From contig ML996692.1 in assembly GCA_010356995.1 (NCBI GenBank), forward strand, positions 879,933 to 943,932: a stretch of 64,000 bases of DNA, given 5' to 3'. The notes beneath the pieces were generated by a model, which was not told the origin of the DNA, ran no database searches, and saw only the letters and a list, made by a program, of their open reading frames with translations. A program made the position numbers and the translations under genes. Shown here one piece after another: positions 36,676-49,854 of the stretch; position 1 is the stretch's first letter, and every line of letters starts with the position of its first letter. Source of the DNA: Trichodelitschia bisporula (lineage: Eukaryota).

Positions 36676-38935
36676 TCACATTCCAAGCCAAACCTCACGC
36701 TCCCGGGGCTTCTCACTCAATCCCCTCAACGCGTGGGCCAACTCACTCGCGTTCTCTCCCAGCACGCCTATCTCTTCCTCATAATCAAACGGGCCACCAA
36801 GCAGCTCACACACGACGCCAGGGGGCGGCATCTCGCCTCGCTGAAAGTACGCCCGAACGGCCCGGGCCACACACCTCCCAGGCTGGGCGAGCGTGCTGTG
36901 CCCATCTGCGTCTTGGACCAGGACGCGTGAGCCAGGAAAGCGCGCGGCCATGGCATACGCATTGCGCAGCGGCGTGACGGGATCGCGCGTGCTGCTTAAC
37001 CAGAGCAGCGGGTGCGCGGTACGCGGCGCAGTTATGTTGCGCGTAAAGGGGGCGGCAGGGCGGATGGGCCATGATGCGCATGCCATGCTAATTTCGAGCC
37101 AGCGTCCGGCGAACGTGGGAGACTGGTCTTGCAGCTTGTGCCAGCGCTGGTAGAAGTCGTCACGCGTCAGATGCGTCAACGGCGCGCCATCGCTACAGAG
37201 GATCGCGCTGGTGGTCTGTCCGACGAATTGCGGAAAGGTGTTGGAATGACACCTTTCGCCCCACGGGTCCGTCTCGCACGCCTGGCTACGGCAGGGGAGC
37301 GGCACGCGCCGCGCCTTGTCGTGCGCGAGCCCTGTCCCATTTCCCTGGCTAAGATCGACGATTGCGCGCGCCAGCCGCGGGAACCCAGTGCGCGGCATGT
37401 ACAGGGCTTCGATGACGACTTCAAGCAGGTCCTGGTGGGTCACTATGTGTGGGCCGTAGACGCCGTGAGCAGGAACCGGAAGCGGGTTGTCGAGCAGGTC
37501 GGCTAGAATACGGGTGTATAGGGCACGGGATGAGGCAACTCCAGCGGGAGTGTACAGCGGGCACTTGGAGGGCCCAGCGTGCTGGCACTCCGTGAAGAAG
37601 CTCATGAGTTCGAGTTCCGTGTCTTGTAGGTTTTTGAGCCAGCCAGCTGCGGGAGGAATTAGGGGGTGCGGGTAGTGACAGGTAAAAGGGGCTCACTGGA
37701 GTAGTAGTCCTCAGAGTCGACGACACCATCGAGAACGAGTCGCCCGACTCGCTCGGGGTACATGCTCGCGAACGTCGCGCCCAGGAGCGTACCGTAGGAA
37801 AAGCCCCAGTAGAGGAGCTTCTCCTCGCCCCTCTTCCATCGGGTGCGTTCGTCGGTCTCGTCGTTCATCACGGAGCCCACGATCCTGCGCGCCTCGTCTT
37901 CGCGCCACTCGCCCAGGGCCTCGGCCATGGCAAGCATATCGCGTGCCACACTCGGAGTGCCCACGAACCGGCCGCTGTCCGCCATCCTCCACGCACAGCT
38001 GCCACCAATGCCCAAATGACGCGCCCAGGTTTTGGCGAGTGTATCGTTGCGCCCGGCAACCGGCGAGCCCTCGGCCATAGCTCGAAGTACCCAGGCTGCC
38101 TCGGTCACATCGTCGGGGAAACAGGAGGTGTACGGAGAAGAATTGTTTACGCCTCGCGGGTCGAAACCGATGATATCGAAGGACTTTCCCTCGGAGTCAC
38201 TGGCGATGATCTGCAGCATGTGTGCTCTACTATCAGCGAAAGCCACGCCCGATCCGCCTGGCCCGCCAGGGTTGATGAGGATGGAGCCGCCATAGCTTGG
38301 ATGAGTTACTGGGACGGAGGCGGGAAGGCGGGTGAGCGCAATGGTTACAGTTCGGTTAATTGTGAGAGGTGAAGTGGAGAACCAGTCGAGCGGGACGGAG
38401 AGGCGTGCGCATTGGAGAGCGGGGGAGAGGTTATCAGGACATGGCGAAAAGATGAGGGTGCTCGAGGGGTTGATCTGGTGGATTTGAGTGAACGTTTGTG
38501 GTCACGTGTGGCGGGAATACCTCAGTCCAACTCCTCGGGCGGTCGGTGCCCTGGGAGCTGGCTGTCAGGCCGGTGAGGCCCGAGGGTAGGAGCTTAAGTA
38601 GAGGAGCGAGATGGACCAAGGGGGAGAGGTTGTGGAGATCTGAGGAAGAGGTGAGGATGGTGGAGGGCTTTCTCTGATGGATTTCAGTGAACGCGCGAGA
38701 TCACGTGAGGCGCGAATACTTCGGAATAACTGCTCCGGCCTCTCGCTACCGGGCCGGTGAGGTCCAAAGGATGGAGTTTGAGCTGGTGCGGCCGGAGGTG
38801 GATGATGATGAGGGCAAGAACGGTGGCGAACAGCAGGACGAGGCGATGCTTGAAGCTGTTGGTGTTGCGGGCCGTGATGACGGCGTTATGTCGGGCCGAA
38901 GGGGAGGTACTTGGACGGAGAACTCGATCTTTCAT
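36676..38935 (-). CDS. Alpha/beta hydrolase, peptidase S33 / TAP-like, with N-terminal membrane anchor (about 705 aa)
   Basis: Exons 38935..38720, 38673..38521, 38474..37697, 37646..36676. Motifs CARLSVPLDW, INPGGPGGSG, GFDPRGV, YWGFSYGT, LVLDGVV, RDPVTPL and QDADGH. The first two exons are less certain. Confidence 0.88.
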
Positions 38936-39874
38936 GTTGACACGGCAAAGGAGAACAGAGCGGCTTCACAGGTAACGTCAAAGGAAATAGCAGGAGAACA
39001 CGGAGTGAAGAGTCTATACATCGTGCAAGATGAGGACTTGAGGTCGAGGATGATCGTCGCCGGCATCCTCGTATCGGGCACAGAACGCAGTACTCAAGGA
39101 TAAGGTCATGCAGGCCGGCTTCCCGCAGCTCTCCCCACATAGCGTCTGGGCACTCAGGATCTCAACACGTAACCCCGGGTGGTGTATCAACACCAACGCA
39201 TCTCCATTGACCCATCACTGCAGTACCGTACCTGAAGAACCAGATCTTGAAAAGTAGTACGGATCTAAGTGGAAACACCTCATCTTATGCATCACCCAGC
39301 CCGCATAAGGATTTCAAATCCCCTGCTCCACCACGCGCCACCAATTCCCCCTTTCCCCATCCGGCCCTCGTCCCGGGGCCAAACGCGTCGGGGCGCGGCC
39401 GCGCGCCGATCGGCCACGCGAGCGGGCGTGCGCATGCTGTCCCTTCGTACGTAGTGGTTGCTAAGGAGTTTGGGGGCTGGCGGGTGGGCGTGCTGGGTGC
39501 GCTGGGATTGGGGAATCAGACGAGAACGGGCGTGCGTTCCTGCACCGGCTGGCCTGGACCTGGGACGTGCGCGTTGATGAGCTGCTGGGGCTGAAGACCG
39601 AGGATCAGGGCGTTCGGGGGCCATTGAGGAGTTGGGTCTTTGTGTTCTTCTCTTCTCTTTCAATCTTCGTCTTCAGAGATCGTCGTCTTGTCTTTAGCAT
39701 TGTGTTCGTTGTGGTTCTTGTCGTCATTTTTGCGGACTATCTTATCGAGTATCATTATTCTACAGCATCACCATTCTAATGCCTAATCTTTGAACAACCT
39801 CCTTCATCGGCCTCCCAGGGGCGCGATCCGCATCTTCTTCAATCGAACCCAAGACCGCCGCTACCGGCTTCACT

Positions 39875-41151
39875 ATGACCATGTCCTTCTTTACCAGCAA
39901 GACCAAAGGCACGAAGCTGCCCTCGGACGACGATGGCGCCCTCCCGCCCACCAAGCGCATCATCACGCCCGCAGGATTGCGATTGTCAGTAATCATGGAG
40001 CCACCGCAACCGCAAGGGCTGCAAGGGAGCCCCTTCCGCAACCCCAAGCGCAACAGCCGGCTCTCGGCCAAGAGCAGCACCCTGAGCAACGTGACGGAGC
40101 ATCCTCGGGAGAGCAACGAGTTCGCGGCCGGCGGCAGCGCGGGCGGGTACTCATACAGTATCTTTTCGGACCAGAGTGCCGCGCCGGTGACGGAGAAGGG
40201 GGCCGCGGAGGCGGAGAAAGAGAAGAGACCTAAGGGGTGGTGGAGAAGGATGGCACTCTTTTTTGCTCTGTTTGTTGTGGTTATTGTCGCGGTGGCCGTG
40301 GGCATGGCGCTTGGGTTGAAGAAGCATAGTACCGGGTATGTGGTTGTGTATAGCTTCCTATTTTGTCGCGACTAACGCCTTCCAGCGGCGCGACTTCTGG
40401 CTCCAACAGCTCCCACGGCTCCTCACCCTCTGGCTCGTCAGCTTCTGGTTCGTCATCCTCTGGCTCCTCCGGTTCCTCTGGATCGTCAGGCTCATCTGGC
40501 TCATCTGGCTCAAAAACTGGCTCCTCCGGCTCCTCCACCTCGTCCTCCGGCCCCGCCCTCCCCTCCAACTTCCCCCTTGGCAGCTGGAGCATGGTAACCT
40601 ACCTCGACACCGTGCAAACCGCCTGCACCTCCCTCAGCAGTACCTGGACCTGCAACCCCGGCACCATCTACAACAGCAACCACCTCGCAGCTCTCACAAC
40701 CTTCAACTGGGCCGTCACGGTCCCCTCGAAGGGCGGTTATGCCATCAGCTCCGACGGCGCAGCTGCAGGCCTCAGCTTCCGCAACGCGCCGCTCACGCTC
40801 GTGGGCGCCGGCACCAGCAGCGAGCGGTGGACGTTCCAAGCGATGATCGACAAGACGGTGGATGTGACCATCAAGGGTGTTGCGGCGACGTGCACGTACA
40901 ACGCGACAACTTTCCAGGGGTACATGTTTACGAAGCGCGCGAAGGAGTATCCTAGCCCTGATGATCCGGTGCCCAAGACGCAGAACCAGATGTGGCCGTT
41001 TGCGGTTCGCGTTGAGGAGGTTATCGGTGGTGGGCTTGCGAGCCCGACGTGCGTGAAAAAGGATGGTGGAGACCCGGTGACGGATGGGATTCAGGCGCAG
41101 GACGCGGGGAGCTTGTGTAGCTGTCTTTATCGGAATTGGTTGACCCCATAG
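39875..41151 (+). CDS. Single-pass type II membrane protein with Ser/Gly-rich linker and Cys-containing ectodomain (about 408 aa)
   Basis: Intron 40336..40385 (GTATGT...ACTAAC...CAG). TM segment ALFFALFVVVIVAVAVGMALGL, (SSG)n linker, then FPLGSWS...CTS...TWTC...WPFAV...CSCLYRN. Confidence 0.88.
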
Positions 41152-41943
41152 AGGTCGTAGGTGGGGGAAAGAAAGCGGCGAGGAAAAGGGATATGCTACC
41201 GCATTGCGGGGTGTGCGGAGTGCTTGACGGATTTACTGCAGCGAGGCGTTTTTGGGTTTTTGAACAGGGAGCGCCACAGTAGACGCGGGCTTCGGGGACG
41301 ATATATACTCGATAATGCGGGCGGAGATGGCGAGGCGTTGGAAAGCCTGTCCATAGATATCAGAGTGTGTGCATATCAACGGCATATATACTGCATGCTG
41401 GACGTCTCGTGTCGATGCGTAGTGTGCCTTTACTCCCCCCCTCCTCTGTCTACCCCGAGGACATGAACAGCGAGATGAATTATGGTGTAACCGACTGCCT
41501 CGGCCAGGGATGTAGAGCTCAGGAAGGAGCATTTATACCCTTGGAAGGGGCTGGGGAAGATAATGGAAGGAACTGTGGAGGACACAATCATCAGTATACA
41601 TCTAGATATGAACGGTCGCGCCACTCTCCTCTCTCTTCTGTTCTTTGTCTTTTACAATGCTCTCACTGTGCACTTGTTGCCTTTGAATGTGCCTTGAGCT
41701 ATGCTCCCATTAGCCATTTCAATTGGTATCTCCCTAAGGTTGAGACTTGTGAGCTTTCGAGCTGAACGACTATGCCGGGCGCATCGTCAGTTCCTCAACC
41801 GGCTGCAAGGCATAGGAGCGCTCTCCGCGTAGAGGCCGGCGGAGCTATAGCGGAGAGCCTCATACTCCGCGGACATGTCCTTCACGTATGCCATCGCACG
41901 GCTCCAGGTAAGCTATAAAATCCATCCCTCCTTAACTCCAGCT

Positions 41944-42532
41944 TCACCCTTTCCCTGCCCCCTTCCCACTCCTCCCATTAATTACAGCCAAATAAGAATT
42001 CCACCCCAACGCAACAACATTAACAACCAGGACGCGATGCGCCAGTGGTACATATGTAAAATTGACCGCTTGCACCGCCGGCCAAACCATCAAATTCCCC
42101 TTATACGCCGGCCAAAACGCCTCCGCGAGGCGCTTGCGCGGACTCGCGCCCTCGGTTGCGGCCATAAAGCTGAGGAAAGCGCATAGATTGACCGGCGTGA
42201 AGAGAAGCTGATCGGCTCCGATCCGCGCCGCCAGCCCAGTCGCCCCGGACACCGGCATCCGCGCGAGGAACTTGTACCAGGCTGTGGCGGCGGGGCCGAA
42301 GATCAGTCCGCCGTAGGTTGCCATGCGTGCTGTGCGGCTGATGTCGTGCCCCTGGGGAGAGGGCGCAAAGACGCGCTGAGCCAGGATGTCGCCGGTGCCG
42401 AAGAGGACGGCGGTAGTGGTCATTTGCGTGACGAGCGGCCGCCGCTGCAATGACGTAGTGTACCTTGGCGTGTTAATAAGATCGAAAATGTGGGGTTGAG
42501 GGGGGGTGATACCAGCGGAAGAGGCCCGCCAT
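41944..42532 (-). CDS. SYM1: Mpv17/PMP22-family mitochondrial inner membrane protein (about 179 aa)
   Basis: Exons 42532..42513 and 42463..41944 give MAGLFRWYTTSLQRRPLVTQMTTTAVLFGTGDILAQ; also DQLLFTP, VWPAVQAVNF and WNSYL. Confidence 0.9.
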
Positions 42533-43513
42533 TGAAACTGGACGCGTGAGGGCGACGGTTTGGAAGGGTGGAAGGGTTGGGTGGAGTGTGGTGGGGATGG
42601 AATTGCAGTGTAGTAGGGAGCAGGTTTGGTGGTGATAAAGAGGTGAGGTTGGATATCGACCAGGGTGACGTTGATGGCGCAGGGGTTATTGGCCAGGTAG
42701 TGAGCTTCCATCGAGCTTTCCCAATCGGGGAGTTTGATGTGAGACAGGATGCAGCGAATAGGAGGGTCAATTGGAATAGTCGAGGCAGACGAACATGCGG
42801 CATCTCTGCACGTATACTCGAGGACAAAGCTAGCTACTCTGCATGGACGGTTTGGACTCGAACCAGGCGTTAAATAGAAATTGTATATCGAGGAGAGACA
42901 AACATCACAGGTACCCGTTTACCGAAGTCGTAACAGCTCTTTCCAGAGCAGCATACCAGTTAACATCCTGAAAGGCGTCCGGCTCCAAAGCTCCAAGTCC
43001 CAATTCTGAGGCCCAACGACGCCAAACCGCCTCAAACACCATACACCCACCTCTCCGGAAGCAATCAAGCATCACAATCGCAATAGCACAACGAACGAAC
43101 GACCGGCAGCAGATGCGACTCATTCAGCTCGCCAACGCGAGGATAGGACAGGCCATGCTCCAATCCCCAAGGGCCACCTTCCACTACCGTACACTACGAC
43201 ATCCGCTAGTCCGTACGAAAAGGCGTGTAAAGTCCCGTCCAGCCCTCTCATCCTCGATTCCCCACCGGTTCCCCAGCTGCGATCCCTGTGCAACATCATC
43301 GCCTCCCTCGCACGGTGCAGATCATGGCAAGCCAGCAAATACAGGATGCCCATACGCCCAACGCCCGCTTCCCCCGCCCGCTGAAACTACGACCAAAGGA
43401 AAAAAAGCCAACAAAGCAAGCCCCTCGCAGTGTGGTATATAAAGTGCAACAGATCTTTTAGCGACAAATGAGTGAGATCAAAAACCAGTGCGCCGCATGG
43501 AAGGAGCTTTGTA

Positions 43514-44695
43514 TTAGTCTATCTCCATCCGACTGCTCGTTGGCATGTTCACCCGGTGAGGCATGTCGTCAATGTACAGCTTATCCGAGTCGACGTTGTG
43601 GGGTTGCCGCTTGCTCAAATGCGGCTTCAGACCCTTGTTGAAGTTGAAAGTGCACCAACAGGCCACGATGATGGTCACTACGAGTAGTGCTATCGTTATC
43701 ACGGCGAAGGTGGTAAGCGTTCGGCGTGCAGGCAGGTAGTCGGCACGGCGACCCGCATCGGAACCGTACATGCGGACGAGCTTGAACATGAAGTAGGCCA
43801 GCGCACCAAAGTACACAATCTGGGAGCGGTTAGTGGATCCACAAATGGAGGGAGAGAAAGGGACGTACGATGACGCAAATCATGCCCACGACGCTCTCAC
43901 GCCGAGTGCTGTACGCAGCAAGTAGCAGCAGCAGGATGGTGATGGGAACGGACGCCACCGTTAGGTAGAACTCGACATCGCTGGTGTTGACGACGATGAC
44001 CAGGAATTGGACTTCGAAGCCGAGGAACAGGAAGAAATCGAACTTCAGGAGCGCAATGTAGATCTGCCAGCTGTCAGTTCGTGTCCCCAAGCCCCTCCAT
44101 CCTCCGTGTACGCACCTGATAAATCAGATAGCGGCGCTTCAAGCGCAGATCGGCGCTAATCTGCTTGTAGATTGTCCATGCAAACTCGTCATACAACTTC
44201 CACGCGATGAAGCTCATAATGAGAGAGCCGAGGGCGACGACGCACGGCAGGGCGATGAGGAAAGGCTTGACGATGGTCCAGTACTCGAGGGCAATGTAGC
44301 CCTTCGTGGAAAGCGTCACCACAGCATCCTTGATCTGGTCGATCTGAATGGCGGTATAGACGAGGATGCCTAGATTGTAGATACACAATCCGATGACCTG
44401 AATGGTGTTCTTGTGGTGTAGCGCATCGTAGACCAGCGCCAACTGGTAGAGGAATCCGAAGATGAGGAGCGAGAGGTATGTGGGGATAGTGCGCGCGCCA
44501 GTTTCTCGTTTGTTGTTGGCTTCATCGCTGAGGGCGACGGTGAACTTGCCGAAGACGTAGCTTGAGTTGTCAGTTATGCCCGTCCTCTCATCAATGGGTC
44601 GAGGCAACATACCCTTCGAGCGCAAGCGCGATGATGGCCTGCACGATGGCGGTGATCAGGAAGGACCACGTCCAAAGACTGTTAGGCCGATACAT
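43514..44695 (-). CDS. UPF0658-like multi-pass membrane protein (about 342 aa)
   Basis: Exons 44695..44613, 44560..44116, 44063..43869, 43819..43514. Motifs TIPTYLSLLIFGFLYQ, KNTIQVIG, EFAWTIYKQISADL, LLKFDFF and NFNKGLKPHL. Confidence 0.87.
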
Positions 44696-46857
44696 GGTGC
44701 TGCGCTTAGGTGCAGTAGGCACCGATGATGAAAGGCCTTGACGATCGTGAAATCCGCCAGCGGCGTAAGGGACGTAGTTACGGTCGACGAGGGGAGGGCC
44801 TCCGAGAAGGGAGGCGCGCGACTCGTGGGATGGAATTTTGGCGGTTGCGAGGAGAGAGCCGCCGGGTTGGGCAGCTCTTGGGGAGGAGTACTGAGGCTCG
44901 GCGACGGGGGACACTCACACGAGCGAGGGGGTGCGTGTGGCACCTTTGCACTTCGTCGCCCGGGGCTTTACTCTGCTATGTTCTCCTTGGTCCGATGGGA
45001 GGCGTCTCTCAGCGGGAAATAGCTCCTTGGCTTTTTCTTTTCCTTTGACAACGACCGACTGTTCGATGTTGGAACAGAGCCGATGAAAGTGACGAGTGAC
45101 GACAGGGCTTGCGACGCGACAAGAAACGTTCACACGCGAGGCCGAGGTGTAGAGGCAGGGTGTTAAGTTGCAAGATGTTCAAGGATGGAGAGTTGTGTTT
45201 CGTCGGAAGGTCGCAAAGCAGGTTGTTGGTACTGTTTGGAGTTGGGGGTGTGTGGAGGGGGGGTAGCGCTGGAGACGTCGCTGAAACACAGGGGGAGATG
45301 GCAGATGAGTTTGGTGTTGTTGAATTGCGCAAAGGCGACTGGACCGATCAACGGGGGAGAGATTATTGGAAGGGTTGTTGAAAAGGCGTGGACGAGATAA
45401 AAAGAGGCAAAAGAACGTTGCGTTGATGCTGCTGCTGCTTATTGATGAAAGAGAAGACAAGCGAACGGAAGGATGAAGAGAGAAAGGAATAGGATGGCAG
45501 GAGTTTTTTTCTCTCTTTGCCTTTGGGGAGGCTGATGAGAAGATGAGATGACTTTTGGGGCTGAGCTCTGCTGCCGCTGCTGCTTCTTCTGCTTCGCAGG
45601 AATGCCTGGTTGGATTGGGGGGGTGGTGGCCAAGCCTTGAGAGGATCCTCTTTGCGTGCTTTGCCGCCCAGTCCCTGCTTGCGCTTGGCCTTTGTACTTG
45701 CTGATCGTTCTTATTTTGCTATGTACTCGGCTGTCGAGAAGTGGGAGATGGAGTGACAGATGGAGATGGAGATGGAGACGGAGAATGACAATATGGTGGG
45801 AGAAGGAGAGCGAAAGTCTTTCCATCAGCATCGGCAACGGAATCCCCATGCAGTATCGCCTTAGATTGCCCGCTGACCAGATCAACAGCCTATCCTAACC
45901 TTTCCAGCAGCTTGCAGGTTGCGTAACCGTTGTTAGTCTAGAACTAGTCGTTCTCTTCAAGGCCCATTCCCTCACTGATCCCTCGAGTCTCTCTTCCCCG
46001 CCAAAGGACATAGATTAAGGTACATTGAATGTGATATCACCATCGTCCTTACCACCAAAACCACGCCAAACCTTACGAACGGGAGCGGCTCAGCCGCCAC
46101 TAAAGGAAATGTGGCGCCATCCGCTCTGTTGGTTGTGGCTTTTGGCTCACCGGCGGTGCATTCGGGGCGGTGCGCGGGCATGATGGCGGCACGGCATCGG
46201 AGCTAAGGAGAGAGAGAGAACAGAGAGAGGCCGGTCGGTCGGGCTGGGCAATATCGATTCATCAATTATTAATGCACAACACCATGGCCCTTTATGCACC
46301 TCGTGCTATTCTCATCCTTGATCGGCGGCCTGCCTTAGTGACGACATCGCATACTCTCTTTACCACCTTGTACATGGATTGTTGAAATTGAATGTTCGTT
46401 GTGTTGACATCCCCGCAGGAAGCCAAACGCGTATGCTGTCCTCATTTTGCTTACGAAGGAGTGGAGATGGAGAATCCATTAGGGAGCAAAGGGCCTATCC
46501 AAGGGTCTGAGGGTGAGAGGTTCGGTCCCACTTTGCGGAGGAACTAGAACTAATTACCCCCACCAGAGAGGCTGCTCTAGCCAGTGAATACGTATCATTA
46601 GTTGGACCCTGGACTGCGGACGACGACCTCTGGTCTCCTGCGTTTGAACTCACGACATCACCAGCCACCATCAGACTTAAGTTGAAATCAGTTACTTATC
46701 TTTGTATACGACGAAGACAAGATGAAACCGAACGTCCATCTCGACACCCGCATTATCAATCGGCCTGTACATGCGTAAACGTAAACCGTTACCCTTAGCG
46801 TCACTGCAATGCCGATATCGATACGGTAACCGTCGTATATCCATAAGTTGCGCTCGC

Positions 46858-48546
46858 TCAAGAGTCGAAAATGGGTCCAAAGGCCGGAACCCCTCTCGCC
46901 TCCATCTCGAAGACCACCTTCTTTGTGACAGTAGGGTTGCTGATCACGAAGACCGCCTCCGCTCCGAAGTCCTTGTAGGCCTTCCACGTCAGTCCCACCA
47001 TGTCCGGTCTACCACTCATCGCGGTGTCGAAAACCACGGCCTCCGGATCCTTCTCTCTCACAAGCCGGTTGATTTCGTCGCCATAGGTCTTCATCGGGTC
47101 CCGGGCGCTCCACAAGACGCGAAAGTTTGTGTCTTTTACCGGCCCCAGCATGAAGCTCAAGGCCGGCCCGATTCCGGATCCAGTCGTCACAATCACAACC
47201 CGCCGGAAGAGGTACGCCATGGCTAAGAAGCCCGTCTTTGGGATTCCCTTCACCCAGTAACGCGGCCGCGGCCCGGTGATCGTCGAGGATGTCCAGTCTC
47301 CAGACCGAGAGATGATCATGCTGCTTCCCCCATCGCGACCCGGAAATAAGGCGAACTGGTGCCATTCGCCCAATGGTGAGCGCGCAATAGCTATCCCGCT
47401 AATGGGCGCCCATTCGTGTTCCGTGTTAAGGCGCAGAGCGTGCCGGGAGAGGAACTCGGACGTGAAGATGAGGCGGCGGAGACGCAGCCACGGGAGCACC
47501 GTATGGACGGTGATGATGGCGGTGAACCACGTCGGCGGCAACAGGAGGAGTGCCATTCCCTGCGACACCCCCGTCTGCGAATGGATCTGTTGGGCAATCA
47601 GCGCGAGCTCCACCCAGAACAGCGCAATGGTAAGCCAGCTCGCAAAGCGATGCGTGTACTCAAACGAGTTGTGCACCACGGCCCGCAGATAAGGCAACGC
47701 AAAGACGACGATGAGGCAAAGCAGCGCTATGATAAAGTACGTCAGGAGCACAAAGGCCAGCGAACCGAATAAGAGACGGCGCAAGTCGCTCGACACCGAC
47801 ACCGTCAGTCCGATGAACCAGAAAGTCCCCGCCGTCGCGCTAGCTGAGTGTATCCCGCCGCATTCATAAATCTTGGCCAACTGCCATCGAATCCACAGGG
47901 GGGTCGAGTGAGGAACGAGCTGCATAATGGAGTAGAGGGTGTTCAGAACGTAGTCTTGCCGAATAAGCACCGCGAGCAGGAGGTTTGCCGAGGCCACCGT
48001 CGCGAGGACCGCCGGAGTGAAGGCTGCCAACGACCCCGATTTGAGGACTATGGCGCCCAGGGTGACCAGATTGAGGACGAAAACGGCGAAGAAGAGACAA
48101 CGATACGCGCTGAAGATGAGGTAACGAACCTGAGCGAACAAGCGACGATGCGCCGATATCTGCGGCACCGAGTATGGCTCAATCTGCAGGGTCTCCCCCT
48201 GAGCTCCCTCGAGGTGCGATGGCAACGGCGTCGCTGCTATGGCGATGTCCTTCTCCAGAGGGGATTGCGCTCTCGACGGAATCGTGGGCGAAACACTACC
48301 TGATCCCGAAAAGGAGTTGCTAGCGGCCGATCCGAGCAGTGTGACAGTCGAAGTCGCCCAATTGCCGTTGCTGCCACCTTGAGGCAGGGAGAGGGTGCTC
48401 GAGCTGCCATGAGCAACATTGGGCACAGCCAGGCGGTTGGCCTCCTGCTCCGAGTTTGCAGCCGACAAACCGCGCATTTCGTAGGCGCCCATGGTACCGC
48501 TTTCGTCCGCGGAGGAGCCGGTCGTTGTCGAGCTCCAGGCCTTCAT
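46858..48546 (-). CDS. Ferric-reductase-like transmembrane protein with FAD/NADPH-binding C-terminus (stand-alone NPS12-type reductase module)
   Basis: 562-aa ORF with several TM helices and conserved His (GGIHS, HNSFEYTHRF), then EWHQFA, GDWT, VTTGSGIGP, GRPDM and AFGPIFDS. Confidence 0.85.
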   Translation of the reverse strand: MKAWSSTTTGSSADESGTMGAYEMRGLSAANSEQEANRLAVPNVAHGSSSTLSLPQGGSNGNWATSTVTLLGSAASNSFSGSGSVSPTIPSRAQSPLEKDIAIAATPLPSHLEGAQGETLQIEPYSVPQISAHRRLFAQVRYLIFSAYRCLFFAVFVLNLVTLGAIVLKSGSLAAFTPAVLATVASANLLLAVLIRQDYVLNTLYSIMQLVPHSTPLWIRWQLAKIYECGGIHSASATAGTFWFIGLTVSVSSDLRRLLFGSLAFVLLTYFIIALLCLIVVFALPYLRAVVHNSFEYTHRFASWLTIALFWVELALIAQQIHSQTGVSQGMALLLLPPTWFTAIITVHTVLPWLRLRRLIFTSEFLSRHALRLNTEHEWAPISGIAIARSPLGEWHQFALFPGRDGGSSMIISRSGDWTSSTITGPRPRYWVKGIPKTGFLAMAYLFRRVVIVTTGSGIGPALSFMLGPVKDTNFRVLWSARDPMKTYGDEINRLVREKDPEAVVFDTAMSGRPDMVGLTWKAYKDFGAEAVFVISNPTVTKKVVFEMEARGVPAFGPIFDS

Positions 48547-49581
48547 GATTGCTGATGGCGGAGGTTGAGGTTGTAAAGGGCGGAGGTTGGCCGTGGTGGC
48601 GGATATGGTTGCTGGGGATGGGGGAGGTTCAATCGAGGTGAACCAGGGGGTGTTGTGTGGAGGTCGTGTGATAAAGTTCAGTTCTGCCAGAGGAAGTGGT
48701 ATAGTTATCGCCTGGTTGGAAAGGCATGGCCGGGGAAAGGGTCTCGGCGACGTGCGCTTCCCGATGCGGAAGGCAGTGACACCTTTGTCAATCGTTTGGT
48801 AAGGGCTGCAGTTGCCCTTTCGGGGAGGAGGGCATTGTAGACGTTCTTATATCAAGGTCAGTGCATATCTAACACTGCCTTTTACTTACATGTGCGGCTT
48901 ATAATTTCTATAGTCGTGAGCTGCGTTCAAACGATGTTTGATGGCGAGTGGTGTTGCTATGGCACTCGTTTATATCTTAGGCATCTACCGGCCTTTCGTC
49001 CCTATCCATTTTGAATCCAGCAACCCGATATAAATCCATGCCAGCAGTATCTATAGTGCTGTTGTCGGTCGCCAAGCTCGCAGCAAGCAAAATCCCGACG
49101 TGTGTACTTCGCCTAGGACTCTTTCACAAACTCCGACCTTTCACAACACTCCGCTTCACAACGGAGAGCCTCATTTAGCCCCCGCCCCATCAACAATCTT
49201 GCACCTTTCGATCTTGACCACAGCAATGGATCAAGTGACGCCAGTTTCCGAGGCTACCAATCTTCAGATGTCGTCCTCAACTAGCGACGTCAGGTCCCTA
49301 ATTATTAGTCAAACCCCCCCCCCCCAGCATCGGTTTTCGAAGACGTCAATCTCCTCACCTGGATCTTCCGCGAGCCTGCCGGTGACAAGGATTCCTCGAA
49401 GCCTATTAGTAGCCTATAAGACTGTCAATGACTTGTACATCGAGCCCGTCCCGTTTTTCTTTCACTGTCGTACGGAGATGTTCAAGCCCCTGAGATTTCG
49501 GGCCCTACGTCCAGGGGACGCCACCCAGCCCCAGAGTTACGAGTCGCTGATTCTAGCTCCCGCCGATTACTAACTATATGG

Positions 49582-49854
49582 GTTCTCATCGACCCCTTAA
49601 GCGGCGTGTCGCTCAGCAGGGAGACACTCTAGTTCTATACCTGTGTTCGGTCCCTCATTGGCGGCTTCAAAGCTGCAGGCATCCAGCCCGGCGATTGTGT
49701 GTGCATCTATGCGCACAATGACATCCACTACTTTGCGCTTGTCCTCGGCATTGTTGGCGCGGGTGGCATCTTCACTGGCATCAGCCCGTCCGCGAACGTG
49801 ACCGAGCTGCAGACTCACATGTACATGACAAAGCCAAAGCTCTTTCTCGTCTAG
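49582..49854 (+). pseudogene. Remnant of an AMP-binding (4-coumarate-CoA ligase-like) enzyme N-terminus
   Basis: One frame reads VLIDPLSGVSLSRETL*FYTCVRSLIGGFKAAGIQPGDCVCIYAHNDIHYFALVLGIVGAGGIFTGISPSANVTELQTHMYMTKPKLFLV*, with TAG at 49630 and 49852. The rest of the gene is absent. Confidence 0.78.

Noticed and set aside
42533..42711. N-terminal extension of SYM1 in the 255-aa ORF
   Set aside because: Produced by reading through the leader and intron; the spliced MAGLFRWY start matches the family.
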